A DNA stretch of 64,000 nucleotides from Candidatus Kapaibacterium sp. (GTDB taxonomy: Bacteria; Bacteroidota; Ignavibacteria; Kapaibacteriales; UBA2268), in contig OY761611.1 in assembly GCA_963664875.1 (NCBI GenBank), positions 1,835,656 to 1,899,655 of the forward strand, given 5' to 3'. A program made the translations under genes and the position numbers. Under the pieces are notes generated by a model that made no database searches, was not told the origin of the DNA, and saw only the letters and a program-made list of their open reading frames with translations. Below are positions 17,346 through 28,092 of the stretch, in pieces; the first letter of the stretch is position 1; every line of letters begins with the position of its first letter.

Positions 17346-17571
17346 TCCCTTTACAAAATCTCTTTATGCTTGTACCAATATACTATCATTTACCGTGCCA
17401 TTTTTACACATACGCTAATAGTCTTACATTTCAGAGATTTACCTTAAGCTGAATCTATTTCCTGTCAGGAAGTATTTAAATTGTCGCATTGTTAAGTATT
17501 TTGTATCAGTATAGTTTGTTGTTCTGATGTGCTTGCGGTGTTGTGGTTAGATATATCGTTTAGAGCTTTGC

Positions 17572-18444
17572 TTATAAACTACTCTGTAAAGCAGTCTCCA
17601 AAACTTTCTTTATTCGCAAATAGTCTTCTTTATTTACCAGGTTTGTCATCAGAGACAATTCTAAAGTAGCAAGTGAGGAGTAACAATAAATTCGTATAAG
17701 CTGTGGGTCTTCTAACGCTATTATATGCTGACTTACTGCAGCTGCATCTGCTCTGGCGATAGGCCCGGTCAGTGGTATGTGGCTATCAGCAAATGCCGTT
17801 ATATTATTCTCTAATGTTTTGCGAGTGATAGGAGCTATAAACTCTGTTGGAGGTATCCCGGCTTTCTCGGCTATAAGTTTGCCGGACTGCAGCGAAGTAG
17901 TCATATTGTTAGAACTCATGACAGCAGAGCAATGATAAAGTGCCTTTTGCATCGCATCATCCAATCTAAGTCTGCAATGCCCACCTCCGAGTACTTCGAC
18001 AAATCTAACACATTCAGCATAGATTACATCTGAACATTCGACTCCCCATTGCACATCTTTTAAGTTAGATTTATCAGCATAAGCAAAAGTCTGAAACGGA
18101 TGAATTGCAGCTACACCTCGGCTAAGCTGCGACAAAGCCGAAAGAGAATTAGCAGATTTTACACCTGATGAATGTGCAAATATAGATTGTGTTGCAAATG
18201 GATAATTTAAAGCTAAATCTTCTGCCAAAGTTGCCAATGCAGTGTCAGCTATTGCAATATATATGAATTGGGTTTCCGGAAGATCGCAAAGGCTGCTAAA
18301 AGCTAAGCCATTATATTTGGAGGGTATATTTTCGATATCTATATCAAATATAAAAGCGAGCTTCCCCTCATCGAAGAGAAGCTCAGCTATACTAAGTCCT
18401 ACTTTTCCTGCACCTATGATTCCATATTTCAAGGTTTCAGTCAT
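17572..18444 (-). CDS. Rossmann-fold NAD(P)-binding protein (DUF2520 / ProC-like family)
   Basis: N-terminal YGIIGAGKVGLSIAELL dinucleotide-binding motif. 290 aa, with a C-terminal helical domain typical of DUF2520-type proteins. Confidence 0.6.
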   Translation of the reverse strand: MTETLKYGIIGAGKVGLSIAELLFDEGKLAFIFDIDIENIPSKYNGLAFSSLCDLPETQFIYIAIADTALATLAEDLALNYPFATQSIFAHSSGVKSANSLSALSQLSRGVAAIHPFQTFAYADKSNLKDVQWGVECSDVIYAECVRFVEVLGGGHCRLRLDDAMQKALYHCSAVMSSNNMTTSLQSGKLIAEKAGIPPTEFIAPITRKTLENNITAFADSHIPLTGPIARADAAAVSQHIIALEDPQLIRIYCYSSLATLELSLMTNLVNKEDYLRIKKVLETALQSSL

Positions 18445-18455
18445 GTAGTTACATT

Positions 18456-19910
18456 TTATATTTTGATAATTTCGTAAGTAAACTTATTATCTTTTATGAT
18501 GTAGCCAAGGTCTTGTATTCTGTCTCTTAGCTCATCAGCCAAAGCCCATTCCTGGCTTGCTTTTGCTTTAAATCTTCTGTCTGCCAATTCTTTTACTTCG
18601 GTAGGGATTTCTTCCACGATTGAAGCTTTTGAAGTTATCAGCCAAACACCAAAAATGCCATTCAATTCTCTAAACAAATCGATTAGTGCTTTTTTGGAAA
18701 TTTGAGAAAGCTCGTTAGCCGGGTTATCGTTTATAAATGTAAATATTGATGCAAGAGCTTTAGGAGTATGCAAATCTTCAGCTAAGTGACCGAATACTTC
18801 TTCTCTGAGCATATTTACTTCGATAAACTCATCGCCGTCAATATCTTCGTGCAATTCGTAGATGTAATCCTGAATACGAAGTCTTGCTTTTTTAGCAGCT
18901 TTGATACCGTCAAAAGTGAAATTGAATTTGGTGCCATAGTGTGCAGAAAGCATAGAGAATCTAATATCGAGCGGATCGATTCCTTTGTTGATTAAATCAC
19001 GCAAAGTAAAGAAATTACCTGCTGATTTGCTCATTTTTTTGCCTTCTACTTCAAGGAATTCGTTGTGGCACCAGAAGTTATTAGGGTCAACGCCGTAGCC
19101 GGCTTTTGACTGTGCAATCTCATCTTCGTGGTGAGGGAATTTCAAATCTACGCCACCTGTGTGGATGTCAAAAGGAATACCAAGTATTTCGTATTCCATA
19201 GCTGAACACTCGATGTGCCAACCCGGACGTCCCGGACATGGCATGCCATATACGCTGAAATTCCAGAATGGCTCGCCGTCTTTTCTGCCTTTCCAAATCA
19301 CAAAGTCATGAGCTGTTTCTTTTTCGTACTCATCAGAATCAACTCTTTCGCCCGGCTTGAAGTTTTCGAAATCGATTTTTTTCAATTTGCCGTAGATGTC
19401 TGAGTTACGCCACTTAGTTACATCAAAATATACAGAGCCTTTAGAAACATAAGCATAACCATTATCAATGATTCTGCGAATCAAATCCTGCATATGAGGA
19501 ATGTATTCCGTTGCTTTTGGCATAGAATGTAAGTCAGAGCTTCGGATTCCAAGAGCTTCGATATCTTTGACAAATTCTTCGAAATAAAACTCTGTAAAGA
19601 GTTTTAGATTTTCCTTAGGATCATTGGTTTGAAATCCCATTTCAGGTTTCCAGGCACCGCTGCCTTTGGCACTGTCTCTGATGGTCTTGTCGTCAATATT
19701 AGTGATATTCATCACCCATTGGACTTTATAGCCACCTACAGTTTTGAGCACTCTTTGCAATAAATCTGCAAAAAGAAACGAACGCATATTGCCGATGTGA
19801 GCGTAGCTGTACACAGTCGGACCGCAAGAGTATAATTTAACCTCTTCGCCATATAAAGGCTTGAAGGGTTGCACTTTCTGTGAAAGCGAGTTGAATAGTT
19901 TTATTTGCAT
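18456..19910 (-). CDS. cysS: Cysteine--tRNA ligase
   Basis: Class I motifs HIGN ([12 protein letters not shown]) and KMSKS ([10 protein letters not shown]). Likely ATG at 19910 ([10 protein letters not shown]). Confidence 0.93.
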   Translation of the reverse strand: MQIKLFNSLSQKVQPFKPLYGEEVKLYSCGPTVYSYAHIGNMRSFLFADLLQRVLKTVGGYKVQWVMNITNIDDKTIRDSAKGSGAWKPEMGFQTNDPKENLKLFTEFYFEEFVKDIEALGIRSSDLHSMPKATEYIPHMQDLIRRIIDNGYAYVSKGSVYFDVTKWRNSDIYGKLKKIDFENFKPGERVDSDEYEKETAHDFVIWKGRKDGEPFWNFSVYGMPCPGRPGWHIECSAMEYEILGIPFDIHTGGVDLKFPHHEDEIAQSKAGYGVDPNNFWCHNEFLEVEGKKMSKSAGNFFTLRDLINKGIDPLDIRFSMLSAHYGTKFNFTFDGIKAAKKARLRIQDYIYELHEDIDGDEFIEVNMLREEVFGHLAEDLHTPKALASIFTFINDNPANELSQISKKALIDLFRELNGIFGVWLITSKASIVEEIPTEVKELADRRFKAKASQEWALADELRDRIQDLGYIIKDNKFTYEIIKI

Positions 19911-20099
19911 GGATATTAATATATAGTGAACCAACAAAACATTGCATATAAAATCGGAAAATATTTTGATTGAAACAAAAATATTCCTTTCATAATTGAT
20001 AAAAAATGCAGATAATGCTATCTTTTAGCAAAAATATTTTATACATAGACTCTTATTTCAAGATTTATTGCAATTTGTTGACTAAAAGGGCTTTGAAAA

Positions 20100-20858
20100 G
20101 TGCATAAAACCACATATAATGAATATGAACTTCGCTATTTACTTCATGATAATATTCATTTTACAGATGCAATTTATCTGCATGAAGGGTTAGGTAGCAT
20201 AAAGTCTTGGGGCGATCTACCCATAACTTTGTACAAACAACTACCTATCAATTCTGTTTTGTACAACCGCATTCCACATGGACAAACTAAAGCCACTTTG
20301 CCTTCCAAATATCATTATTTTGACTTCCAAGTCGAAGAACTTTCAAACATAATTGACAGGTTAAATGTAAAATCCCCAATTCTCATAGGGCATAGTGACG
20401 GTGCAACTATTGCATTGCTTTTCGCTGCCAAATATCCTGAAAAAGCTAAAGCTATTGTAGCAATAGCAGCTCACATTTACTCTGAAGAAAAAACCGAACA
20501 AGGCATTGCAGAAACTTATATTCGATACTCAAAAGGAAATCTAAAAGAAAAGCTTGAGCGACAACATGGCTTGAATACAGACCCTGTTTTTTACAAATGG
20601 CATAATTTCTGGTCACGAGCTCGAAAAGAAAACTGGAATATAAAAAGCACACTTGCAAACATAAATATACCTGTACTCGCTATACAAGGCGAAAAAGACG
20701 AATATGCAACAGAACAGCACCTATTCGACATCAGAGACAATTTGCCATGTTGCCAAGCAAATATTATCTCCGCCGCAGGGCATTTCCCCCATATCAGCCA
20801 TAAAAACCAGGTATCCTCACTAATCAGGGATTTCCTGAACTCACATTTTGGTATTTAA
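20100..20858 (+). CDS. Alpha/beta hydrolase
   Basis: Nucleophile elbow GHSDGA, a C-terminal His context (AAGHFPHI), 252 aa. GTG start. Confidence 0.75.
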   Translation: MHKTTYNEYELRYLLHDNIHFTDAIYLHEGLGSIKSWGDLPITLYKQLPINSVLYNRIPHGQTKATLPSKYHYFDFQVEELSNIIDRLNVKSPILIGHSDGATIALLFAAKYPEKAKAIVAIAAHIYSEEKTEQGIAETYIRYSKGNLKEKLERQHGLNTDPVFYKWHNFWSRARKENWNIKSTLANINIPVLAIQGEKDEYATEQHLFDIRDNLPCCQANIISAAGHFPHISHKNQVSSLIRDFLNSHFGI

Positions 20859-20860
20859 AA

Positions 20861-20896
20861 AAAACTGTCTCCCTTCGCAAAAAAGAGAGACAGCCT
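20861..20896. terminator. Bidirectional terminator hairpin between the convergent hydrolase and dnaK genes
   Basis: A-run, then CTGTCTC ... GAGACAG stem, then T-rich flank. Confidence 0.6.
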
Positions 20897-20926
20897 TTAG
20901 AGTGAGTGTAGTAAAGAGAATTTTTA

Positions 20927-22834
20927 TTATTTATCATCAACTACAGTGTAATCAGCTTCTTCTACTCCGCCATCATCTTTTTTAGAATCATTCGGTTGTT
21001 GTGCACCACCTTGTGCTTGACCTTGGTCAGCACCCGGTTGTTGGTAGATATGCTGAGATGCAGCACTCCAAGCTGAATTGAGCTCATCGATCGCTGCCTG
21101 CATATTAGGGCTGTTTTCTTTGATTGCAACCTCTAATTTTGCTTTTGCATCTTCAATTTTTTGTTTCGCATCCGCCGGCAGCTTATCTCCCAATTCTTTA
21201 AGCTGTTTGTCAGTCGAATAAACAAGAGCGTCAGCCTGATTTCTACGGTCGATTTCTTCCTTGTGTTTTTTATCTTCTTCAGCGTGTTTAGCTGCTTCAG
21301 ATTTCATTTTTTCTACTTCATCTTTAGCAAGACCGGAAGAAGATTCGATGCGAATATTCTGCTCTTTGTTTGTTGCTTTATCTTTAGCCGCAACAGACAA
21401 AATACCGTTTGCATCTATATCAAAAGTAACTTCTACCTGAGGAACGCCTCTTGGTGCAGGTGGAATGCCATCGAGATGGAATCTGCCGAGAGATCTGTTG
21501 TCTCGTGCCATTGGTCTTTCACCTTGAAGTACATGGATTTCCACTGTGCTTTGGTTATCCTGCGCTGTAGAAAATATTTCTGATTTCCTTGTAGGGATAG
21601 TTGTGTTTGCCGGTATCATTGGAGTCATTACGCCACCCAATGTTTCGATACCTAAAGTCAGAGGAGTAACGTCCAAAAGCAATACATCATCAACATCGCC
21701 TGACAAAACACCACCCTGTACTGCAGCACCAATTGCTACTACTTCATCAGGGTTTACTCCTTTTGATGGTTCTTTGCCAAAAAAGTTCTTTACTAATTCC
21801 TGAATCTTAGGGATACGTGTAGAACCACCTACCAGGATTACTTCATCAATTTGGCTCGGAGTAAGCTTTGCTTCTTTCAATGCTATTTCGCAAGGTTCCA
21901 AAGTTTTTTCGAACAAATCACCGCAAAGATTTTCAAAAGTAGCTCTCGAAATTGTCATGTTAAAGTGCTTAGGACCGTCTGCAGTTGCAGTTATAAACGG
22001 CAAATTGACATCAGTCTGCATCATCTGCGAAAGTTCAACTTTTGCTTTTTCTGCAGCTTCTCTTAATCTCTGCAATGCCATAGCATCTTTGCGTAAATCA
22101 ATACCTTCTTGCTTTTTAAATTCATCTGCCAAAAAGTCAATCAATTTGTGATCGAAGTTATCACCTCCAAGGTGCGTATCGCCACTTGTAGATTTCACTT
22201 CAAATACACCATCGCCAATTTCAAGGATAGAAATATCAAAAGTACCACCACCAAGGTCATAGACAGCTACTTTCATATTTTTGCCTTTTTTGTCAAGACC
22301 ATAAGAAAGTGCAGCTGCAGTTGGCTCGTTGATAATACGACGAACTGTCAGCCCAGCGATCTCACCTGCATCTTTAGTAGCTTGTCTTTGAGCATCGTTA
22401 AAGTAAGCAGGTACAGTGATAACAGCTTCGGTTACCTTTTGACCCAAAAAGTCTTCAGCAGTTTGTTTCATTTTTTGAAGAACCATAGCTGAGATTTCCG
22501 GTGGAGAGTATAGTTTTCCATCAATATCTACTCTTACAGTATCATTGTCGCTCGAAGTAGTAACTTTGTAAGGTACCATTCTCGATTCTTCGTTTACTTC
22601 ACTAATTCTGCGACCCATGAAACGCTTGATAGAATAAATAGTATTATTAGGGTTTGTAATAGCCTGACGTTTTGCAGCCTGCCCTACTAATCTTTCACCA
22701 TTTTTGGCGAAACCAACCATAGACGGGGTTGTTCTTTGTCCTTCTGCGTTTGCTATCACCGTAGGTGTGCTACCTTCCATCACTGCAACGCAGGAGTTGG
22801 TAGTTCCTAAGTCAATACCAATAATTTTTCCCAT
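20927..22834 (-). CDS. dnaK: Molecular chaperone DnaK (Hsp70)
   Basis: [23 protein letters not shown] and [12 protein letters not shown] motifs. 635 aa with an acidic C-terminal tail. Confidence 0.97.
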   Translation of the reverse strand: MGKIIGIDLGTTNSCVAVMEGSTPTVIANAEGQRTTPSMVGFAKNGERLVGQAAKRQAITNPNNTIYSIKRFMGRRISEVNEESRMVPYKVTTSSDNDTVRVDIDGKLYSPPEISAMVLQKMKQTAEDFLGQKVTEAVITVPAYFNDAQRQATKDAGEIAGLTVRRIINEPTAAALSYGLDKKGKNMKVAVYDLGGGTFDISILEIGDGVFEVKSTSGDTHLGGDNFDHKLIDFLADEFKKQEGIDLRKDAMALQRLREAAEKAKVELSQMMQTDVNLPFITATADGPKHFNMTISRATFENLCGDLFEKTLEPCEIALKEAKLTPSQIDEVILVGGSTRIPKIQELVKNFFGKEPSKGVNPDEVVAIGAAVQGGVLSGDVDDVLLLDVTPLTLGIETLGGVMTPMIPANTTIPTRKSEIFSTAQDNQSTVEIHVLQGERPMARDNRSLGRFHLDGIPPAPRGVPQVEVTFDIDANGILSVAAKDKATNKEQNIRIESSSGLAKDEVEKMKSEAAKHAEEDKKHKEEIDRRNQADALVYSTDKQLKELGDKLPADAKQKIEDAKAKLEVAIKENSPNMQAAIDELNSAWSAASQHIYQQPGADQGQAQGGAQQPNDSKKDDGGVEEADYTVVDDK

Positions 22835-23201
22835 TTCGTAAACTCCTAAATATAATATGTCATTTTGTCAAACAATTTATTTGTTACTTTGCATTTCTGT
22901 CAGTCTTTCTCAGACTGTGACATTATGGCTTATTTAATGTCAAAATTGCATTGTTTGTTATGTATATATAACATTTACCAATACCGTGCCAAATTGCAAA
23001 CGCTAAGTATTATGACATTTTATTACCAAAAACAATTAGAAGCACTTCAACTTTCAAATAAGCAAAAATTCTTGCAACTATAGCATTTCTATTACGTTTA
23101 AAATTGGTATTGAAATATAATATTTCTTATGTATATTGTTTTTTATAAACTTACATTGCAAATACACCATGTACGGCATTATTACTTTAGAAACCTGCGA
23201 T

Positions 23202-24074
23202 ATGAAAACTCAAATCAAATCAACTCTGAGCTACCCTGACAGCGAAGAAGGATTTAACCGCTACCGCTTGGATTCGCTCGACAACTTGTGGGATAAATAT
23301 CAGGAAAAACTCGCAAAATGCAGAAAAGAGTTTTCGGAAGACAGTGTGCATAAATTTAGAATCAGTGCGAGAAAGTTTCTTGCCATGATAGACATGGTTG
23401 ATAATCTATACGAATCTAAATATATCGATGAGCTTAGAAAGTTGCTCAAAAAGCAGCTTAAAATATTTGCAAACCTGAGAGACACTCAGGTAATGATAAA
23501 TGCCATTAATGAAATACGTAAAGAGTTTTCGGTATTCGATTTCTTTTATTATGAGCTACTTGCCCATGAGCAAACATATATCAAAAAGATTGAGAAAAAA
23601 ATAAAAAGAGTCAGCAAAAAAGAAGTTGAAGCTCTTATTTTCTTTCTTCGTATGGATCTTGACGATACCTTTAAAAAGGACGATGCTACATTCAATGACG
23701 CATTGGCTGTCATAGACTCTGTTTTTGCGGATATGTCGGCAAAGCTTAAGCTTGTTGATCCTGAAAGACCTCAAACAATACATGATATTAGGTTGATGTT
23801 CAAAAAATTCAGATATATGATTGAAGCCTTTGCCATTTCTCTTGACATTCCTGAACCATATCTGAAAAGTTTATCTGACTACCAGACTTTGATGGGCGAA
23901 GTGCAGGATGCTGAAGTTTTGATTTTGCGTTTCAAAGAATATATACTTACTCAAGACAATCCAAATGATATAATTTGGTCGAATGCGATCAAAGTTTTGG
24001 AAGAAAGATTGGCTGAAAAAATTCGTAAGTTTGTGAATAACAAAGAGAGGTTGTTTACATTCTGGACTATATAA
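23202..24074 (+). CDS. CHAD domain-containing protein
   Basis: Helical protein with the repeated CHAD His/Arg pattern: VHKFRISARKFLAMIDM, LRDTQVMINAI, IHDIRLMFKKFRYMIEAF, MGEVQDAEVLI. ATG at 23202 preferred over the TTG at 23136. Confidence 0.7.
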   Translation: MKTQIKSTLSYPDSEEGFNRYRLDSLDNLWDKYQEKLAKCRKEFSEDSVHKFRISARKFLAMIDMVDNLYESKYIDELRKLLKKQLKIFANLRDTQVMINAINEIRKEFSVFDFFYYELLAHEQTYIKKIEKKIKRVSKKEVEALIFFLRMDLDDTFKKDDATFNDALAVIDSVFADMSAKLKLVDPERPQTIHDIRLMFKKFRYMIEAFAISLDIPEPYLKSLSDYQTLMGEVQDAEVLILRFKEYILTQDNPNDIIWSNAIKVLEERLAEKIRKFVNNKERLFTFWTI

Positions 24075-24075
24075 T

Positions 24076-25857
24076 TTGCTACCAATTTTTGATATAGAGC
24101 AGACAGACCGTATTAAGAAATGGCTTGACCGTTTCCTAATCATGCTAAGTATCTTAGCTATAGTTTCTTTGCTTATGATACTGGGTTACAATTTACCCGA
24201 TTATCTATTCAACGTTCTTGTTTTCTCGACAGATGCTATCGTTATTCTGTTCGCAGCTCAAGAGGTGTTTCGTTGGTTTCTGGTAAAAGATCACAAAAGG
24301 TACCTACGAGAAAGATATTTAGAGAATTTCTTTACTTTCCTGATTATCACAGGAGTGATTTTTCCACAAGAAATTTACTTCTTTTTCGAGTTTCTTTTCC
24401 CGGAATTCAATCCGAAAAAGATTACAATCCTTTACCTTGCAACATTTGAGCTTAGTGTACTCATCATCTCTTTTATAAAAGTGCTGCGGCACAATCATTT
24501 AATTTCAAAAATCAAGCTACACCCCGGGTCGCTTTTCGCTTTAAGCTTTTTCTTCCTTATAGCGATAGGAACTCTTTTACTTTCATTGCCTAAAGCAACT
24601 GTACCCGGTCAGGAATTAAGTTTTACCGATGCACTTTTTACTTCTACCAGTGCAGTTTGTGTTACAGGACTTTCCACTATAATTGTACCCGAAACTCTTT
24701 CTACATTTGGCAAAGGAGTTCTGTTTTTGCTGATTCAAGTCGGCGGTCTGGGAGTTATGACGCTTACAACATTTTTTGCAGCTCTATTTGCCGGAGGATT
24801 ATCATTTAGATTTAGGGTACTTATGCGCGATATGCTAAGCCAAGACAATATAAGTCAGGTTTGGACAATTCTTTCAAAAATTATATTATTCACTGCTATT
24901 TTTGAAATTGGTGGTTCGATATTCCTATACTTATCACTTGGAGGCAGCTTCTTTGCATTTGACCGTACATTGTTTTATGATTGCTTTTTCCACAGTGTTT
25001 CTGCCTTTTGCAATGCAGGTTTTTCTCTCTATAGCGAAGGATTCATGCAAGCAGACGTATCGAACAACTACACTTACCTTTCTACAATTATGGTACTTAT
25101 TGTTGCAGGCGGGCTCGGATTTGGTCTTTTTGCAAATCTCATAGCAAAACGCCCGTGGCAATCAAAAATAAAACGAAATACATTGCGACTTACAATGCAA
25201 TCCAAACTGGTGCTTTATACCACCATAGTGCTTATTATTGCAGGCACTATACTGATTTATTTCTCTGACACAAATCATACCTTAGCAGGTCTAAATGAGT
25301 TCGAAAAGTTGTTCCACTCCCTGTTTTGGTCAGTAACTTCAAGGACTGCAGGATTCAATGCAACCGACACTGCAGGATTAGCACCTGCTACCATGATGTT
25401 GATGATAATTCTGATGTGGATAGGTGCGTCTCCAGGTTCTACAGGCGGTGGTATCAAAACGACTACTATAGGCATTACATTTTTGGCATTGATCAATCAA
25501 ATACGTGGCAATGAAAAAATAAGGCTGTTCAATAGGGAGCTTGCTCCGGAAAGTGTGAAGCGTGCATTTCTTGTTGTAATTTCTTCACTTTTAGCACTTG
25601 GCATTGGTTCAACTGCGCTAGTCTGGGTAGAACCCGGGAAAGATGCCATGGATCTGATTTTTGAAACTACTTCGGCTCTTGGCACTGTCGGACTCAGCAG
25701 AGGCATAACTGCCGATTTGTCAGTTGCCGGAAAATATATTATTATCTTCCTTATGTTTATAGGAAGAATCGGCGTGCTTGCTTTCTTATTATCTTTCCAT
25801 AACCCGGGCATGCCACCTAAATACAATTTACCTACAGAAAACATAATAGTGGGATAA
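24076..25857 (+). CDS. trkH: TrkH/KtrB family potassium uptake transporter, membrane subunit
   Basis: Four pore-loop-like repeats (CVTGLST, NAGFSLY, RTAGFNA, GTVGLSRG) and many TM helices. TTG at 24076 lies 1 nt after the CHAD stop codon. Alternative ATG at 24142. Confidence 0.85.
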   Translation: MLPIFDIEQTDRIKKWLDRFLIMLSILAIVSLLMILGYNLPDYLFNVLVFSTDAIVILFAAQEVFRWFLVKDHKRYLRERYLENFFTFLIITGVIFPQEIYFFFEFLFPEFNPKKITILYLATFELSVLIISFIKVLRHNHLISKIKLHPGSLFALSFFFLIAIGTLLLSLPKATVPGQELSFTDALFTSTSAVCVTGLSTIIVPETLSTFGKGVLFLLIQVGGLGVMTLTTFFAALFAGGLSFRFRVLMRDMLSQDNISQVWTILSKIILFTAIFEIGGSIFLYLSLGGSFFAFDRTLFYDCFFHSVSAFCNAGFSLYSEGFMQADVSNNYTYLSTIMVLIVAGGLGFGLFANLIAKRPWQSKIKRNTLRLTMQSKLVLYTTIVLIIAGTILIYFSDTNHTLAGLNEFEKLFHSLFWSVTSRTAGFNATDTAGLAPATMMLMIILMWIGASPGSTGGGIKTTTIGITFLALINQIRGNEKIRLFNRELAPESVKRAFLVVISSLLALGIGSTALVWVEPGKDAMDLIFETTSALGTVGLSRGITADLSVAGKYIIIFLMFIGRIGVLAFLLSFHNPGMPPKYNLPTENIIVG

Positions 25858-25860
25858 ACT

Positions 25861-26547
25861 ATGTCAGTTAAAAAGTTCTGTATAATTGGTCTCGGATATT
25901 TTGGAGCTAACCTTGCATTAGACTTGACAGAAGAGGGTGCAGAGGTTGTTGCTGTCGATATTGATGTAGATAAAGTTGCTCCTTTGAAAGACAAAGTAAC
26001 CATGGCAGTCCAAGCAGATGCAACTGACCCAAGAGCTCTTCAGGGGCTTGGGATTAGTGAAGTTGATGCTGTAATCGTAGCCATCGGCGAAGGATTTGAA
26101 AGCTCAATCACCACTACAGCAGCTTTACAGGAAATAGGTGTTAAGAAAATTATTAACCGCATCATCTCACCGGTACACGAAAGGCTACTGAAACTTATGG
26201 GTATTAAAGACCTAATAGTTCCGGAAGCTTATGCTGCCAACAAAATGGCTGAAAGACTTATGATTCCCGGACTAATCGAATCCTTCGAAATCACTAAAGA
26301 ATATGGTATTTTCGAAGTCGCTGTGCCTGAATATCTTATTGGAAAATCTCTAACTGAAGTAGAATTACGCCAAAAATTTGATCTCAATCTTGTAACGGTC
26401 AAACGCAAAGCTATCGCTAAAGGCATTTTTACTTCCAAAGAAGAGTATATTGTAACCGGCGTACCGGAGCCAACTCTGATTTTCCAAAAACACGATATCT
26501 TAGTTCTCTTTGGTAAAGAAAAGAATTTTATTAAGCTCTTGGATTAG
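25861..26547 (+). CDS. trkA: TrkA/KtrA potassium uptake protein (RCK: NAD-binding plus C-terminal domain)
   Basis: IIGLGYFGANLA Rossmann motif and an RCK_C-like C-terminus. Starts 3 nt after trkH. Confidence 0.85.
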   Translation: MSVKKFCIIGLGYFGANLALDLTEEGAEVVAVDIDVDKVAPLKDKVTMAVQADATDPRALQGLGISEVDAVIVAIGEGFESSITTTAALQEIGVKKIINRIISPVHERLLKLMGIKDLIVPEAYAANKMAERLMIPGLIESFEITKEYGIFEVAVPEYLIGKSLTEVELRQKFDLNLVTVKRKAIAKGIFTSKEEYIVTGVPEPTLIFQKHDILVLFGKEKNFIKLLD

Positions 26548-26567
26548 TAAACTCAAACCCATGTAAT

Positions 26568-26596
26568 AAAAAAGCCGGAATTTGAGTTCCGGCTTC
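26568..26596. terminator. Bidirectional terminator between convergent trkA and ricT
   Basis: AAGCCGGAA / TTCCGGCTT 9-bp stem flanked by an A-run and T-rich sequence. Confidence 0.7.
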
Positions 26597-26599
26597 AAT

Positions 26600-27994
26600 T
26601 TATGAGTTAGCTTTTTTTTCTGATTCGGCTATGGGTGCATTATTGTCCCTTTGGCGTTCTCTATTATTTCCGCCCTGCCTACCGTTCGATTTTTGGTATT
26701 TCCCGTTGCCGCCGTTTCTGTTATTATTGAAACGTCTTTGCTGATTATTCCCGTTTCCGTTGAAATGCTTTTTGTCATGCCTTTGCTTATTGTCGCCAGA
26801 CAACAGATGATCAGTAAGTTCGCTGTTGCTCTGGCTGTGATTAGAATCCTGCATCCTATTCATGATTCTTTCAACCTGTTGCTGCATAGCCGGTCTGCGT
26901 TTTTGCTGTTCGCCACCCTCAGGAGCATCTTCAAGTGCTTTGAGTTCAGCCAAAGCTCGCATTTCTTCTTCGTCGTACTCATAATTTCTAAATACTTTGC
27001 CCTTTTCCATGATGGCAAGTACTTCTGCTTTTTCCAAGGTCATATACTTCTTATGAGTCTCATTATAGACATGAGCCAAATCTTTGAAAACATCTACTTT
27101 TAGCAACTTCGCTTCCGAACCATCTTCGAGTATTAGTTTTGAACGCAATTCCGGATATTCTTCGAAGGCTGCTTCATAAGTGTCGTATTCGTAAAGCAGG
27201 CAACATTTCAATCTTCCGCAATAGCCACTTAGCTTTGCTACGTTATTAGAAAGTTGCTGTTTGCGTGCGTGGTCTAATGTAACATGATTGAACTGTGGCA
27301 AAAACGAATTGCAACACAATTCTAATCCACAAGCACCGAAACCACAGCCGATTCGCTTAGTTTCTTCTCTCGACGATATTTGACGCAATTCGATGCGTGT
27401 TCTAAAAGTGCGCGCCAAATCCTTTACAAGCTCACGAAAGTCGATACGCTGAGCAGCAGTAAAAAAGATAGTCAGTCTCTGCCTGTCAAACTGCCATTCC
27501 GCTTCGGTTATTTTCATGTCAAGATTGTATGACTCTACCATTTCTTTAGTTTTTTCGAGAGTCAGCTGCTCTTCTAATGAGATATTTTGCCTAATCTCAT
27601 AGTCCTCAGCAGTAGCGTGTCTGATAACGATATAGTTTTCTTTTGCTTCGTCTTTGTAAATATTTTTTAGTTTGTTGGAAGCTACCTGTCCATTACAACA
27701 TACAGATCCCATTTCGGTGCCGTTATCAGTTGATACAATAACGTCGTCGTAAAGTTCTATGTGTAACTTACTGGGATTCCTGAAAATATGCTTCCTATTG
27801 CCCTTGAATAAAACTTCTACAAACTCTGATTCGCCGGCAATATTATAAGCCGGATGCACAGCACTGTTTTCTTCTATTCCAAGTCTCAGCGGAGCTTTTA
27901 GGATACGAAATTTTAAAGAATCTTTGTTAAATGGCTTTAGCTTCTCTCCTGTATTAGTGTTATCGTTATATGTGTCAGATCTATAGTCATTCAT
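26600..27994 (-). CDS. ricT: PSP1 domain protein (RicT/YaaT homologue) with a low-complexity C-terminal tail
   Basis: Cys cluster GCGFGACGLELCCNSF...CGRLKCCLLYE typical of the PSP1/YaaT family. Lies immediately downstream of holB, as in Bacillus. Confidence 0.8.
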   Translation of the reverse strand: MNDYRSDTYNDNTNTGEKLKPFNKDSLKFRILKAPLRLGIEENSAVHPAYNIAGESEFVEVLFKGNRKHIFRNPSKLHIELYDDVIVSTDNGTEMGSVCCNGQVASNKLKNIYKDEAKENYIVIRHATAEDYEIRQNISLEEQLTLEKTKEMVESYNLDMKITEAEWQFDRQRLTIFFTAAQRIDFRELVKDLARTFRTRIELRQISSREETKRIGCGFGACGLELCCNSFLPQFNHVTLDHARKQQLSNNVAKLSGYCGRLKCCLLYEYDTYEAAFEEYPELRSKLILEDGSEAKLLKVDVFKDLAHVYNETHKKYMTLEKAEVLAIMEKGKVFRNYEYDEEEMRALAELKALEDAPEGGEQQKRRPAMQQQVERIMNRMQDSNHSQSNSELTDHLLSGDNKQRHDKKHFNGNGNNQQRRFNNNRNGGNGKYQKSNGRQGGNNRERQRDNNAPIAESEKKANS

Positions 27995-28092
27995 AGTAAT
28001 TCCTTAGAGTAAAAAATCAAATCTATAATAGTCGATTTTATAGAATATGTAGCAATAGGCTTACCTTTAGCCTATTTATGCAATTTAAAAAA

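Noticed and set aside
22835-23135. CIRCE/HrcA operator upstream of dnaK
   Set aside because: Nothing resembles TTAGCACTC-N9-GAGTGCTAA. Only the ATGTCA-type hexamers are seen, and these are reported separately.
25497-26003. 168-aa minus-strand ORF spanning the trkH/trkA junction
   Set aside because: It is antisense to two strongly supported genes, has no motifs, and is a shadow ORF. The same reasoning applies to 21161..21583, 22109..22492, 26651..27103, 56408..56800, 52390..52725 and the other short antisense ORFs in the track.
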